Source: Tubiluchus corallicola (taxonomy: Eukaryota; Animalia; Priapulida). Taken from it: a stretch of DNA of 64,000 nucleotides. Position 1 is the first letter of the stretch, and each line of letters opens with the position of its first letter. Of this stretch, positions 15,120-30,257 are shown piece after piece. The notes below the pieces were generated by a model. It searched no databases and was not told where the DNA came from. It was given only the letters and a program-made list of their open reading frames with translations. Position numbers and translations under genes: made by a program. The DNA is taken from the NCBI GenBank assembly GCA_030141605.1, contig JAQGDQ010000528.1:1-64000 (forward strand). The letters are read 5' to 3'.

Positions 15120-16585
15120 ACAGACACGCAAGACCACAGTTAAATAGTGACATGCAAGACTACAGTTAAATAGTGACACACTGGACCACAGTTAAATAGT
15201 GACACACGGGACCACAGCTAAATAGTGACACACAAGACCATGGCTAAATAGTGACACACAAGAACACAGCTAAATAGTGACACGCAAGACCATGGCTAAA
15301 TAGTGACACACAAGACCACAGCTAAACAGTGACACACAAGACAACAGTTAAATAGTGACACACAAGACCACAGTTAAATAGTGACACACAAGACAACAGT
15401 TAAACAGTGACACGCAAGACAACAGTTAAATAGTGACACACAAGACAACAGTTAAATAGTGACACACAAGACAACAGTTAAATAGTGTTACACAAGACAA
15501 CAGTTAAATAGTGACACACAAGACAACAGTTAAATAGTGTTACACAAGACAACAGTTAAATAGTGACACACAAGACAACAGTTGAATAGTGACACACAAG
15601 ACCACAGTTAAATAGTGACACACAAGACAACAGTTAAACAGTGACACACAAGACAACAGTTAAATAGTGACACACAAGACAACAGTTAAATAGTGACACA
15701 CAAGACAACAGTTAAATAGTGTTACACAAGACAACAGTTAAATAGTGTTACACAAGACAACAGTTAAATAGTGACACACAAGACAACAGTTAAATAGTGA
15801 CACACAAGACAACAGTTAAATAGTGACACACAAGACAACAGTTAAATAGTGCCACACAAGAACACAGCTAAATAGTGACACGCAAGACCATGGCTAAATA
15901 GTGACACACAAGACCACAGTTAAATAGTGACACACAAGACCACAGTTAAATAGTGACACACAAGACCACAGCTAAATAGTGACACACGGGACCACAGCTA
16001 AATAGTGACACACGGGACCACAGTTAAATAGTGACACACAGGACCACAGTTAAATAGTGACACACAAGACCACAGTTAAATAGTGACACACAAGACCACA
16101 GTTAAATAGTGACACACAAGACCACAGTTAAATAGTGACACACAAGACCACAGTTAAATAGTGACACACAAGACCACGGCTAAATAGTGACACACAAGAC
16201 CATGGCTAAATAGTGACACACAAGACCATGGCTAAATAGTGACACACAAGACCACAACTAAATAGTGACACACAAGACCACAGTTAAATAGTGACACACA
16301 AGACCACAGTTAAATAGTGGCACACAAGACCACAGTTAAACAGTAACACACAAGACCACAATTAAATAGTGACACACAACACCACAGTTAAATAATGACA
16401 CACAAGATTACAGTTAAATAGTAACACACAAGATCACCGTTAAATAGTGACACACAAGACCACAATTAAATAGTGACACACAAGACCACAGTTAAATAGT
16501 GACACACAAGACCACAGTTGAATAGTGACACACAAGACAACAATTAAAGAATGAATGACACAAAAGACCACACCTAAATAGTGAA
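15120..16585. repeat. 26-bp minisatellite GTGACACACAAGACCACAGTTAAATA, ~55 copies
   Basis: Tandem array with regional variants (gacAac block 15340-15840). Confidence 0.97.
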
Positions 16586-18185
16586 ACTGTCTGGATTAGA
16601 ATAAACATCACGTGACTAAAATACAGATGAAAGCTTAATAATTAATTTTAACTTGTGTTTTGCATACAGTCATGACTTTTTTAACTTAAAGAGAAAGAAA
16701 AGGCAATTATAAACTATGTCTCCAAAAACTTTCCACGCAAAGTTATATTACTTAACGTTATATTATGCTTACATAGTTAAAAGACTTATATAAGTAGAAA
16801 AGAAATTTTTTAGTAATTTAAAATGTTTGTGGCAACTGGTAAAATGTCACTGACTCACATTAACAGCAAGCACCTCTAGTTCATCAAAAGTTATTGACAA
16901 GATAAAATAATTTACACTTTGGTTAATTAATGAAGTGTGTGCTACAACTGCTCTGATTTTTTTAATTTTTAGCATGATGCAAGTAAAGGTTGTCTTGTGC
17001 TTTAATGAAAATGTGACGTGATGCTGACAAGCTACTCACTATAGTCTTCTATCAAATCAACCAACTATAATTAACTAAAACGTATCCCGACTGGTAATTC
17101 AAACATAAAACCAACTTTGCCCAGACTGAGAACGTGAAAAAATTCAGAATTTGAACAAGAGCTGTCGAAAATTTCACTGCTGTTCAATACAGTCGTTACC
17201 ACTAGTATGTTTCCCAGCAGAAACAAAGGAAACGCAAGTCAGAAACTCACAAATTTTACACACTCAACACTAAACGGGTTAATAATTTAGTCAGCAAAAA
17301 AAATCCGTGCAGAGTGCGTCACAAGAAGACAAATTTACCAAAATGTCTTCCTGTAGCTATTTCAAACACAAACGTACAACAGCTTGATCTGTATGTATTA
17401 AAGAAAAATCACTTATTAAACGAAAGACGCGCAAAAACTGAAATTTCTATTTTGTTATGTTTACTGAAGTCAGACAGTCACTCAATCATGAAATCCCTCA
17501 AATGCACTCCTTATCCTTCCCGCTCTTCTTCGATTTGTTCACAGCCCAATACTCAGGAAGACAAAGTATTTGTGCAGTAAACAACAATTTGGCACGATTC
17601 CAAAAACTGCCCAATGGTCAATAGGTCGTGTAAACAACACTTCACTTTGCTTGCAAACATGTCAGTAAAACCAGAACTGCTCTTCACACAGCTTTAGTAT
17701 GTCAGCTTCTTTGGTGTCCAGAACTGTCCAACGTCCAGCAGACCCAGGAGGTTATGAAAATAGCAATAACTGCCAAACCTGTATAAACACAAAGTCAGGG
17801 ATGACCGCAAATGACCAGTGGTCGCCCTCAGGCAGGAAATGGTCAGTAATATAAACTGGGGTACAATATGCGTATGACTGGCACGACTGTCAGAAGTAAA
17901 GACTGTAGACTGAATAAAGATCTCCGACATGAACTATGATTTTATACATGATTACGTGAAGATATGTACAATAATAATACAAAGATAAACTTAGCTAGTG
18001 ATACAACACCTGCCTTCAATTATGATAATAAGCTGATCTACTAATTAAATATGATACCTAAGTTTTTGTAATAACTGAGGATATATATATATATATATCT
18101 GTATAATATATCGTGTATTGACCACAAAATATGTATTGCAACGATTTCAAGAGTATATATAATATATTATACTATTATATATATA

Positions 18186-18341
18186 TATATTATATCTATA
18201 TCTATCTATATTATATCTAGTATCTATCTACCTATCTATCTATCTATATATATATATATATATATATATAGATAGATAGATAGATAGATAGATAGGTAGA
18301 TAGATACTAGATATAATATAGATAGATATAGATATAATATA
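18186..18341. repeat. AT-rich palindrome: (TATC)n-(TA)n-(GATA)n with mirrored interruptions
   Basis: Left arm tatatctatatctatctatattatatctagtatctatctacctatc is the reverse complement of the right arm. Confidence 0.9.
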
Positions 18342-20239
18342 CTTATAGATAGATAGATAGATAGATATTGTGTATTGACCACAGAATGTATGTACATAAT
18401 ACAGTCCATATGAAGTCCTCTTCCGTAAGAGTAATTTCATAAACATGAAAAATATGAAACACGCCAAAATAAATAAACAAATAAATGCAACATTTTCACT
18501 CAAACTGAGAATAAAAAGAAAAAGCGCCACGATTATAGAGTGAGTGACTCTCAAACACTTTTAATACTTCATGAGTTTCGCAGCAAAACGATTTGAAGCG
18601 GAGCAGCTTGGGTTCTGCATCAAAATTTAGCTCGGGTATCATACAGTACTATAATGTTGGTCCAGTACAGTTTGCTTTACCTAGCAGACAGGAGACATAT
18701 GAAGAACACGTGGTTTTCGTCTTCAATACCTTTACATTAAAAACAAATCACATGCGCAATTTCACTAGCGTAATAATAACTTGATCTTGCGAATCCTATC
18801 CTTCAAAATACATTTTAATCTTTTTTTATAAATATGATGCTTATTTTAAAGTAGGATATACGAAAGAAATTTTAGTAGCAGCTCAGCATTCTAGCACTGA
18901 ATGAAATGCTAAACGTTAATAGTGTTAAATGCCTCTGCCACCTTAACCATTATTGATCTCTGTTGACTTGCTTCCTTGGTATCATTTCAAAAACCACTGA
19001 AGCAGAAATTTACACTGCTTATACACATTTTAAATGCAATCATATTCCCTCAGGCTCTACATAAAATATCTAAGACACAATAGTGGTCCTAGTACAGAAT
19101 CTTGACGCACTCCACAAACAGGCATGAAAGTTACTAGCCAACGGCTTAAACAGTGATAATGTTTGTTTGTTGTATTAGATAAACTACCCAAAGATTGCTA
19201 GGAAATGCAAATCCCATGTCTATTTGACTATAGTGTTTGGCGCGTAAAGTTGAGATTATTGATAGTTTTCCCAACAAAATTAGCCATATAATCTATACAG
19301 GTGAAAGTAAGAAAATGCAAGTTACATAAAGTGCATGGAAATGCTGGGTAGCTGTTAAACTGCACATGCTAAGTAATTCACAGTTTTTGTCCTACCTCTA
19401 ACGCTTGGATAAGTGTAAGGCAAACTTCAGAAAACCCTGTAGAACGCGCCGAAATACAATGTCAATATTTGCATACGGCTACTCAAACACAGACCGCGAC
19501 AGACAGCCCTGCCGCGTGTCATGACCTCTGTAGGACAAAACAGGAACTAGTGGAGATAGATATGTGTTTGAACAGCCTTGGTGAGTTTACGAAAATACCT
19601 AAGATGAGCTTGAGCCTAAAGGAAGAGCAAAATGAGCAAAAATAAACAGAGACAAGTAATGGTATTTATATGTAGCATGTGCCGTTTCAGTTATTTTGAA
19701 AAAGCAACGAGAAGACCATGGTGTTTATAATTTTCTGAGAATTTTATCACTTGAATATTTTGCTTTAACAATCTTCAAATGGTAAAAAGAAGAGGACCAC
19801 ACAAATAGCAGACAAAAGGCTTGCCATGAACAACCAAACAAACGAAAAAAAAAACAAAGAGTGTGCTCACAAATTACATCAAATCAACTTTCCAAAAATT
19901 AGTTATCTAATTAAAATTAAGGAACGTCGTTGCTAGTTATAGAACGTTCTTCCATTTTCACTGCCAGTTTTTCCAACCTGTGTCTCTATCTCCCTCTCTC
20001 TCTTTCATTTATTCCTCTGTCTGTCGTATTCTCTCTCTCTTTCTTACTAAAAAACCTGCAGGAAAACAAATTGGAGGAGAAAAAACGGATCAAAAGAACA
20101 TCAAGAGCATCGCCAAACGTCTCCAGAGCGCCACTAAAGAAATCACCACCAGTTACTCTTCACAAGTCCACTCAAGACGTGCGGTTAAGAGTTAACGTCC
20201 ATTGAGGGTTAAGCTTATTAGTGAGAGAAGCTTACAAAC

Positions 20240-20387
20240 CTGTAACCAATACTCACTGACATTCACACACACGCAGAATCAAATACGAAGGAAGAATATT
20301 ATCAGGAGCCGCGGGAGAAGGCTTAGCTGAGAAACGGATATACCGGCTGACTGATTCACAGCGTCCGGGAGAGATCCGGTATAGCGC
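20240..20387 (-). other. Candidate exon (5'UTR, possibly with short MSVSIGYR start)
   Basis: GC/CpG-rich block, acceptor gttgttttcag| at 20388, several donors (gtgagt at 20256; gtttgt/gtaagc at ~20235-20239). Confidence 0.35.
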
Positions 20388-23040
20388 CTGAAAACAACTT
20401 GACGACCGGGTTTCGTTTCATTTCTGCTCACCTAGATGAATAAAACTCAAAACATGCAACTCTGTGCGTCGCTTTAATGTCAGCAGCTTAGATAATCGAT
20501 TTCGTGCGCTTCTGATTGATCAATAAATTACTTAAATGAAACCAATACGAAGGACAGATGTGTGAATTGTCATACATTTTATACGCCTATTCTGCCTTTG
20601 TCACATCCAAGAAACAAGAACGGCCCAGGAAGCAAACCTTGGCGCACTCCCAGGCCCCAACAGGCAGAATCAGCATGGTAAGTGATCATCTAAACCGCGA
20701 TATTGTTTATTTATTATATAAGACGCTGCCGTAGTCACCAGCATTCCATATTGAAGCCAGCTGGCCGGTGTGTTCAGTAGCTGCTGAAATGCTAAAGAAT
20801 TTACATACAAGCATTTCAGTGCAAAACATTAATTACCATTGGCAGTAACTTACTCAGATAACATACTCATGGCGGAAAACATACTTAGATAAAGCCACAT
20901 AAAATATATATGTAACTTTTAATCACACACTCAAGCAAACTTAGGTCATACCTAGATAAAAAATGAGCTGAATCAGCGAGTAATTAAATTTGATAAACAA
21001 GTTTGTAGAATATTACAACAACGCATACCTAAGGAGACACGCCTAATTCTCACATCAATGTAAACATGCTGTTTTGAGCTCAGCTTATTCAATCTCTAAA
21101 CATGTCCCAGCAGCAAAATCTTTACTACAATTTAAATATGACAAAACACTTTTGCGCAAAACTTCGACCTTCTTTTAAGAAAAGAGACTTGCCACCCAAA
21201 AAAATCTAGTTCTTAGTACATGCACACTATTCAAATATTTGAACTGTAAACTGAATAACTGTAAACACTTTTTAATGCACTGTAGACTATCGTAGTTGCT
21301 ATTCTGTAGCTGCTATTTAATTCTTTGTCTTGTTTTCTGTATTTTGCTGTAACTAACATCTTGGAAACATTAGTCGTATTCTTACTCTAAAAATTGCAGT
21401 AAAATAGATGTACAAGTCAACCAGTCAACTACTATCATAATCTTGCAAAGAACCATAGTCAACATTAGTATTCAAAGTCAATTTTTGACGTTTAATACCA
21501 TTATATTCTGTACTAAACCTACAGCAACAAAGACGCCACTAAATACATATTTACAACTTTATATAACTGGTAAAAGTTCACAACACCACACAATGTAAAC
21601 CTACCAGTTATTTATGAATGAAATCCCACGCACTGGTAAGTCTGTGTATACGGGTGTGTAACTTACACTTAAAAACATCCCACAATTAGTTCTGAATAAG
21701 GCAAAAAACCAGCGCTACGCTGACGCCCACTAAAGTTGTATTACCATGATTATTATTATTATAAATAGCACCGTTAAATGTGTGGATAGTTTATCATTCC
21801 CGCTCATTGCAGACTAGCTAGTCATCAATAAATTTCATGCCAATCAAAACACTCAGAGTTTTTGCACAGTAAGAAAACCTGCAAGGTTTATGTAAGGCGT
21901 AAATTGAGCGTTTAAAATTTAAACACTTGTGGCTCTGACGATACACGCCATGAAATATCAGGCCAAGAACTTCCCAGGCAGCCAAACTCGAATATTTTTT
22001 GTTCCAGCGTACATTTTATACGATTACATCTCATCTTTATCACATACTCAAGAAACAACAGTGGTCCCAGCATTAGACCTTGGCGCATTCCCGAGCCCCA
22101 GTATGCAAAATCACCGTGACAAGTGGCTATCTAAACAACGATATTACAATAAGCAGCAATCATTGACAAGATAACTTAGTTAAAAATTTTTGGTTAATGA
22201 TTCCTGCCTGATTTCAATGAAGTGCCAATTTTTTGGACTATAGCATTTGCTGCAAATTAATTAACTTTTGCATAACTGTATGGCATGACGACAATGAAAC
22301 ATCAACATGCTAATAATCATGAATTTACGCAAGGTCCAGAAAGAAACTGTACTTTGTTCTCGTAGCCAATAACCTAATTCTACTTGTTAAGCTACTCTCC
22401 TACAAAAACAAAAATCATTTAACTGGTAATAATTAAGCAAACACGCTTGAAGCAACAGTAGTAACAGCTGCATTAGTGAAACTCACAGTCAAACAATTCG
22501 TACTGAAAACCGGCATGTAACCAGACAAAAACTTGCATAACGTGACGGACTACTAAACTGGGTAAAATTCCGATCAATATTCGGACGGAAGCCAGACTGT
22601 CGGGAACCAGCAAACGCTCAAATGCGTCAAGCAGTAGAAATCAACTTTCTCCTGGTGAATGGAGTTGAAAAGTTGAATAAGATACAACAGCAGCTCATAA
22701 ACTTGGGTAGAAAGAAGCCACCATCATGTATACAACTATAGCTAATGCGCTGTAAGACAACACAGAGGAATTTTAGCTGTAACTATATAATAAATATCTG
22801 CTAAATTAATAAATCATGGTGACAATGTTTACAACCTAGTAAGTCCTGTCAAAGAAGCAAACAGCCGGTTAGTTTATTCAAAAGCAAACTTACAAACAAA
22901 CAAAACCACAAATCTGCTTTTTGCTTGGTTATTTGAACCTAATAATTATGATAATTATATCTTTCATAAGTAAATAAAATACAATCACATAGCATAAATA
23001 TAAAGTTAAATACTTGTATAATTTAATGATGTTTAAGACA

Positions 23041-23362
23041 TAATATGATATGATATACAATGTAATGTGATGTGATGTGATGTGATGTGATGTGATGTGA
23101 TGTGATGTGATGTGATGTGATGTGATGTGATGTGATGTGATGTAATATAATATAATATAATATAATATAATATAATATAATATAATATAATATAATATAA
23201 TATAATATAATATAATATAATATAATATAATATAATATAATATAATAAAATATGATATAATATAATAATACAATACAATAAAACACAATACAATACAATA
23301 AAACACAATACAATACAATAAAACACAATACAATACAATATATATATATATAATATAATACA
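23041..23362. repeat. Compound pentanucleotide microsatellite (TGTGA)n(TATAA)n(TACAA)n
   Basis: Direct inspection. Confidence 0.97.
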
Positions 23363-23849
23363 CAATGTGCATGACGTTCATGATCACAACTGTAAAAGAA
23401 ACAATGCTAATCAGTTAACTGATGAATCCAACATGAAAACCAGTAGTCCAATACAGTTTCATTGTGTAAAGATAGAGCTGTTCACCTTGACCAGACAATT
23501 GAGTAAGCAAATCCTTCAGACTAAAACTTACTTATTTACAACACAAATACTACTACAAAAATACGATTAATAAAAATTTTATAGTTTAAGAAAGAAAGTT
23601 GTTTAATTTCAAACATGAGATTCGTAAAAACACATTTACAGTAAAAAAATTAAAATTTAAAAAAAAAATGTAATATTAAATTAATAAAATAAATATTTAA
23701 AACTTTAAGTTTACTTCTATAATACAGTAAAAATCACTTATGTTAAAAATTAATAAAAACAGTTGCAAATAAAATCTACAGCTGACCCAGCTATTAATAT
23801 CATTAAACGACCATTAACAACACTAAGCTCTCCCTTGTATAGCAACAAT

Positions 23850-23861
23850 TGCGCATGCGCA
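23850..23861. promoter_or_regulatory. Perfect NRF1-type palindrome TGCGCATGCGCA
   Basis: Exact match to the 12-bp NRF1/ewg consensus in otherwise AT-rich DNA; function unproven. Confidence 0.35.
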
Positions 23862-24803
23862 TGCCTGTACTTCAATACTCTAAATAAATCACTCATTAAG
23901 CCACATTCTCGACTTAGTCAATAACTGGACACTGGAATGCAACTAGCCAACGGCTACCACATGCGGACCTACTTTCTCCAGAGGGCTGACGCTGCTAATC
24001 GAGAAACTGGCAAGGGGTGTTTCTGAACCGGCAAGGGTGTTTCTGAACTTCAATGTAACAAGGGCAGGCCTTTTCAGTCACATTATAGCACAGGGAGAGA
24101 CAAAGTCGTGAAGCATCAGGTTTTTATAGACGTCATTATTTACGCCCCCTGTGAGCGGATAAAAGAACTGTCGTGTATCAACATTCACGTCTCTGCCAGC
24201 GTTGGAACTGTGGATCTGGTTGAAAAGAAATCTAAATCTAGTTAAGCAGGAGTTGTTGAATGAGGTCTACTACATGGTGTACTAGCATTATACCATGAAG
24301 AGATGATTAACACTAGAGGATGCGGATGAATCAGCTTCCTACTCCCTGGGATGCTGCAGCATGGACTGAAATTAAATGGAGAAATTACATTAGACTAATT
24401 GCCATCAATATCCAATAACTTCAGTCCATCGCAAAGAGCACTTTTAAGCAGAGAAACAACTCTTCAAATATGTGCAAAAGGGGTGACTGAACCACACACA
24501 TCTTTTGAAGTTCATTCCTCATTCTATCACCAATAACAGCTGAATCAAATAACTTTAATGAAATATTCTAATTAAAGACGTGCAGTCTAATAAGTCACAC
24601 CCTCGGAACATGAAGACGACAGGGCCTATCAACCTTGATAACCTAAAAGATTTTTCAAGATGCACTTTCTCCAGATCTTAGATACCTTTTGCTACCACAA
24701 AGAAACAGTTATAAACTAGTCTAGTAAATCAGTTGTTCCTTAAACTATGCTAGCTTTTTTGTGTAATTATTACCAATATTAGGGCAGAGAACACTGTTTA
24801 GTT

Positions 24804-25689
24804 GATTACTCTATAAGAGTGAGTCCAGAAAATGACCAGTTGAATTCATCCCCAGTGCAAATGCATTACTCTATAAGAGTGAGTCCAGAAAATGACCAGT
24901 TGAATTCATTCCCAGTGCAAATGCATTACTCTATAAGAGTGAGTCCAGAAAATGACCAGTTGAATTCATTCCCAGTGCAAATGTATTACTCTATATGAGT
25001 GAGTCCAGAAAACGACCAGTCGAATTCGTTCCCAGTACAAATGCATTACTCTATATGAGTGAGTCCAGAAAATGACCAGTTGAATTCATTCCCAGTGCAA
25101 ATGTATTACTCTATATGAGTTGAGTCCAGAAAACGACCAGTCGAATTCGTTCCCAGTACAAATGCATTACTCTATATGAGTGAGTCCAGAAAATGACCAG
25201 TTGAACTCGTTCCCAGTACAAATGCATTACTCTATAAGAGTGAGTCCAGAAAATGACCAGTTGAATTCATTCCCAGTGCAAATGCATTACTCTATATGAG
25301 TGAGTCCAGAAAATGAGCAGTTGAATTCATTCCCAGTGCAAATGCATTACTCTATAAGAGTGAGTCCAGAAAATGACCAGTTAAAATCATTCCCAGTGCA
25401 AATGCATTACTCTATAAGAGAGAGTCCAGAAAATGACCAATCAAATTCATTCCCAGTGCAAATGCATTACACTATATGAGTGAGTCCAGAAAATGACCAG
25501 TCGAATTCGTTCCCAGTACAAATGCATTACTCCTATATGAGTGAGTCCAGAAAATGACCAGTTGAATTCGTTCCTAGTGCAAATGCATTACTCTATAAGA
25601 GAGAGTCCAGAAAATGACCAATCAAATTCATTACTCTATATAAGTGAGTCCAGAAAATGACCAATCGAATTCATTCCCAGTGCAAATGC
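24804..25689. repeat. 60-bp minisatellite, ~14-15 copies
   Basis: Unit attactctataagagtgagtccagaaaatgaccagttgaattcattcccagtgcaaatgc. Confidence 0.97.
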
Positions 25690-25851
25690 TGAACAGAAAT
25701 GCTAGCTCAGTCTTAATCATTATCTGCTTGTGTGAATCAGGAAGAAATTTGCTTAGTAAACTTGTAATAAAAATGAACAATGTAATTTTCATCAAAAGAA
25801 AAAAAATCACTGATATCCAGTGAGTTTGCACACACAAATTGCAGCGTTTGT

Positions 25852-25950
25852 CACCACCACAAACATCATCACCACCATCATCGTCATCATCACCATAATC
25901 ATCATCATCACCACCACCACCACCACCACCATGAACATCACTGCCATCAT
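25852..25950. repeat. (CAT/CAC)n trinucleotide repeat
   Basis: Direct inspection. Confidence 0.85.
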
Positions 25951-26366
25951 TACCAATACACTGCTACTGCAGCTTTAACAAGAATATCTTAGACAACAAA
26001 GCCAGCCTCAGCAATTGACAAGCGCTAGCGCGCCAACGGACAAAGTCAAAAACCTTCCTAAAAGCAAAAAACTGTTTGACGAGTAAAAGCGAAACTTGTG
26101 TGCATAGCGGATTATCTGTGTGCTTAACGGATTATCTCATTCTTGTTTCACTCTACAGGTGGCAAAGAATGTGGAAATGGTGCTGCAGGCGTTTTAAATG
26201 TTTAACTTACACACCAAAGGGTATATATAGAGAAGACATATTAGATTCTAAAGTCTTAGAAATTACAATGACGGAGTCAGTTAACACAATGAAACTGAAT
26301 CATCAGGAAAGTAAACAGATGCCAGGGACATTAATCAATTTTGTTTTACTATATTCTGCACTTTCT

Positions 26367-27030
26367 GAAAGTTCTATAAATGCAAAGACAAGAACTAGGT
26401 AGGACATGAAAGTTCTATAAATGTAAAGATGAGAACTAGGTAAGATATGAAGGTTCTATAAATGTAAAGATGAGAACTAGGTAGGACCTGAAAGTTCTAT
26501 AAATGTAAAGATGAGAACTAGGTAAGATATGAAGGTTCTGTATACGTAAGGATGAGAACTAGGTAGGAGATGAAAGTTCTATACATGTAAAGATGAGAAC
26601 TAGGTAGGACATGAAAATTCTATAAATGTAATGATGAGAACTAGGTAGGACATGAAAATTCTATAAATGTAATGATGAGAACTAGGTAGGACATGAAAAT
26701 TCTATAAATGTAATGATGAGAACTAGGTAGGACATGAAAATTCTATAAATGTAATGATGAGAACTAGGTAGGACATGAAAGTTCTATAAATGTAATGATG
26801 AGAACTAGGTAGGACATGAAAATTCTATAAATGTAATGATGAGAACTAGGTAGAACATGAAAATTCTATAAATGTAATGATGAGAACTAGGTAGGACATG
26901 AAAATTCTATAAATGTAATGATGAGAACTAGGCAGGACATGAAAGTTCTATAAATGTAAAGACAAGAACTAGGTAAAACACAAAAGTTCCATACATGTAA
27001 AGATGGGAATTAGGTAGGACATGAAAGTTC
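26367..27030. repeat. 41-bp minisatellite, ~16 copies
   Basis: Unit gaaagttctataaatgtaaagatgagaactaggtaggacat. Confidence 0.96.
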
Positions 27031-27342
27031 ACATCAAACAAATCCAACCAAATAGCTTTTCAACATGAAGTTTTTATAATTCAACGTTTTTTTGTATAAA
27101 CATATTTTTATTTAATCATAACATTTGCTACGCACTACAGTTATACATAACTGTTTTCAAATACCTTAGGCTGCAATGCAGAAGAAATGCATCTTACGAA
27201 ATATGGTGCATGGCTACTGAAGATTTTTATAGCTTTTTTCAAAGCAAGCAATGAAGTGACCACACGTATTCAGAGTTTTGGAGATTTCTGGTTTCACAGT
27301 CTAAACATGATGTTTTTTATTTTTAACAATCAAGCTAAAATT

Positions 27343-27655
27343 ACATAAAGCTTATAAACTGAGACAAGATTATGCTTATATCCTTACATCTTTATGCAGG
27401 GTAGGTTAGTTTGTAATTTACCTGATAGGCCATGTAAAATACAAGTACAGGTAAACAACTCTAGCAAACCCACACACACAGGGAAACTTCAATTTACCTA
27501 CATAAAACATATAAACTGAGCCAAGATTATATTTATGTCTTTACATCTATGTGCAAGGCGGGTTAGTTTACAATTTTAGCTGCTAGGCATGTAAAACAGG
27601 TAACATCTAAACAGATCTAACACACCCACCCACCCAGGGAAACTTCAATTTACCT
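27343..27655. repeat. Diverged 156-bp tandem duplication
   Basis: gggaaacttcaatttacct at 27481 and 27637; tataaactgag.caagattat in both halves. Confidence 0.85.
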
Positions 27656-30222
27656 TTGCAAAGATTATAAATGTAGGCATTATGATTCATAACAGAGTTC
27701 TGATAACAAGCCAAATATGTTATTAAACTAGATCTATATCATCTAGTGTAAAACTGAACAACGATCAATAATTGCGTATTTACATTGAACTGATCCTAAT
27801 GCAATATAAAGTAATGAACACACATGAAACTACTTTCATAACATTCTGAACAAGTCAAATTACAGACAATAAAAATCCAATAACTACCCCTACTCTGGTT
27901 TCAAACATGGCCTGTTCAAGTTAAGTGGCACCTTATTACTGTAGCTAACTATTTTTTGATACTACGAAACCAATTCAACATTCCTTTGTTGAAATGCCCC
28001 CATCATTCACCATGCTCACGTGGTAAAAAAGCTAAAAATGATCTCTCTCATTTTCCCGACTGCCTAACAAAACAGCTGCTTAGTATACTAGTGGAGGGTG
28101 ATTTGGTTTATTTTAAAATAGACAGCTCGGAAATAAAAAAGTCAGCCAGTTTATAAGAACTGACTACAGTTTAAAAGATTCTATCATGAGTTGAGAATGT
28201 TGAAACATTCCAATGACAGTCAAAATCAGTGAGATCATCAACATAAAATATGCACAAAATTCATTCCAGTGCTGTAGGGCATATATCATCCTAAAATGAG
28301 AACGCTATTAATTGTAAAAATCAATTTTAATTATAAAATTTATAATTTCATCAAAAATGGATTTGGAAAATAAAATCTGTGGAAGTAATGACTGAAAAAT
28401 ACAAAAACTTTGCCTTTCCTAACTTGACTCCATCACCTTTTAAATTCACATATACCAGGCTTTCCTTATTTACAAATAAACATGATTTACTGTCAGATTA
28501 TTTATTTATTTAAACTGGCAGATCACAAGGGGAGAAGGCATGATTTTGTCCCACATAATAAACGATAACGTATTTGAAATGCCAAACTGTTCGCGGCAGA
28601 TGTTGACTTGTCCTGAATGCTCAATTGTTTCTCCAAGACATCACCAAGCCAGACATACTCAAGTGACAATAAGTAATTCATGAATCAATCGACGGATGAA
28701 GATTTGACGGCGCCAGACGTTTTAATAATGTATATAATCTTCTATTCCATATTTGTCAGTATCACTAGAAAAGTGAAATTCATATTCCACAGCAGGAGGG
28801 CAACTGTGCCATGTGTTTATGTCACAGCGCACCACAAAAAGCATGAAGATGAAATAACAGAAGAGAAGAAAAACAGAGAAACACCACAAAAAAATTAGGA
28901 GGCAGCAGTGATAATCACAAAAAAGGGCAACAGTAACTGTCTGGAAATTTAACTTAATGGAAAACGGAACCCCGCCTTAAGTTGTAACTTAAAACAACCT
29001 ACCTTATAAAATATAGAAATGAACACTACATTTTCAAGAATAACTACTTATGTGAAAGAATTATTACCACAGAAACGTGATTACTACACAGCCACGTGGC
29101 GAGTACTTCGCTGCTACATACATTCCATTATTTTAAATCTTATTGACAAGATACAGTAATTTAAAATTTTACTTAATTAGTGACATGTAAGCTACGATGC
29201 TCTGATTATTTTTTCAAACTTTACTAAGTGTTATCTAAATGTGTTGCAAATGACATGAATTAAAATGGCTGCACCTAACGGTCATTGTGGAAGTTTAAAC
29301 AGACACATTTTCTACAGCATTACTGCCGACGCAAGCTCTGTATGCAAAAAGGCAGTATGTAAGTGGTATAAAATTTCCAGACGAATTTTTTAAGCTTTAT
29401 GTAAGTGTAGGGTTTTCCCGTGTTTCAACATTACTTTGTTTTAAAAGTGGGTCCTGTATCAACCATAAGGATCCAGTTTATTTATGAGAAACTGAGGCTT
29501 TGAGATGCTGAAGTCTGAACAGTAATTCAATGTGTACCTATAAAATGTACATAGTTGTATGTAAAAATTCTTTATCGAGAAAAATAATTTTTAAACTAAA
29601 CAGACAACAATAACCATAAAGAGCTATTGATAAATGTATGTTTTTTATGCAAACAAAGAGTTTCCTTATTGCCTGTCTCCTGCTATGCGTGGTCCGTGTG
29701 AAATTTAAAAAATACGTGTCAAGTCCATTTGCCTTGCGTCTAGCTTAGAAATAGCACTTCAAAACGAGCAAAGTGACTCACAACAAAAACTATTTCTCTA
29801 ATCCTATGATGGAATGCCATTTTCAAGCATAAGCTGCTCTTAAATATAACAAAATATCTCAGATGCATTTGGAACGGAGGTGTCTAATAGGATTAGTGCT
29901 TACCATTGAGCAAGGGCAACCTGCTTCCCACAGACACCTTCAGGAAACGTGTTGCTAGGTAATTGTACAAGAGTTAATGTTAAACTTTAAACTCTTGAAA
30001 CGAAATGTTACAATTGATAAGGCAGTAGCTCTATAGAATCACACTTAGATACTCAAGTTACACCTAGATGGCTCTGATTTTGTTTGAAATGGCCCACTTG
30101 TTTAAGATACTGTTCAAATCTGCCTAATTTGGAGTAATCAGCTTAAGTAATTTTAAATAATGTATGAATAAGGCAAAGTCAGCACATACAGTGAGTACAT
30201 CACGGCTATCATAGTCAAGGTA

Positions 30223-30224
<2 letters not shown>

Positions 30225-30257
<33 letters not shown>

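Noticed and set aside
22929-23387. Y/I/H-rich ORFs
   Set aside because: Pentanucleotide microsatellite translations.
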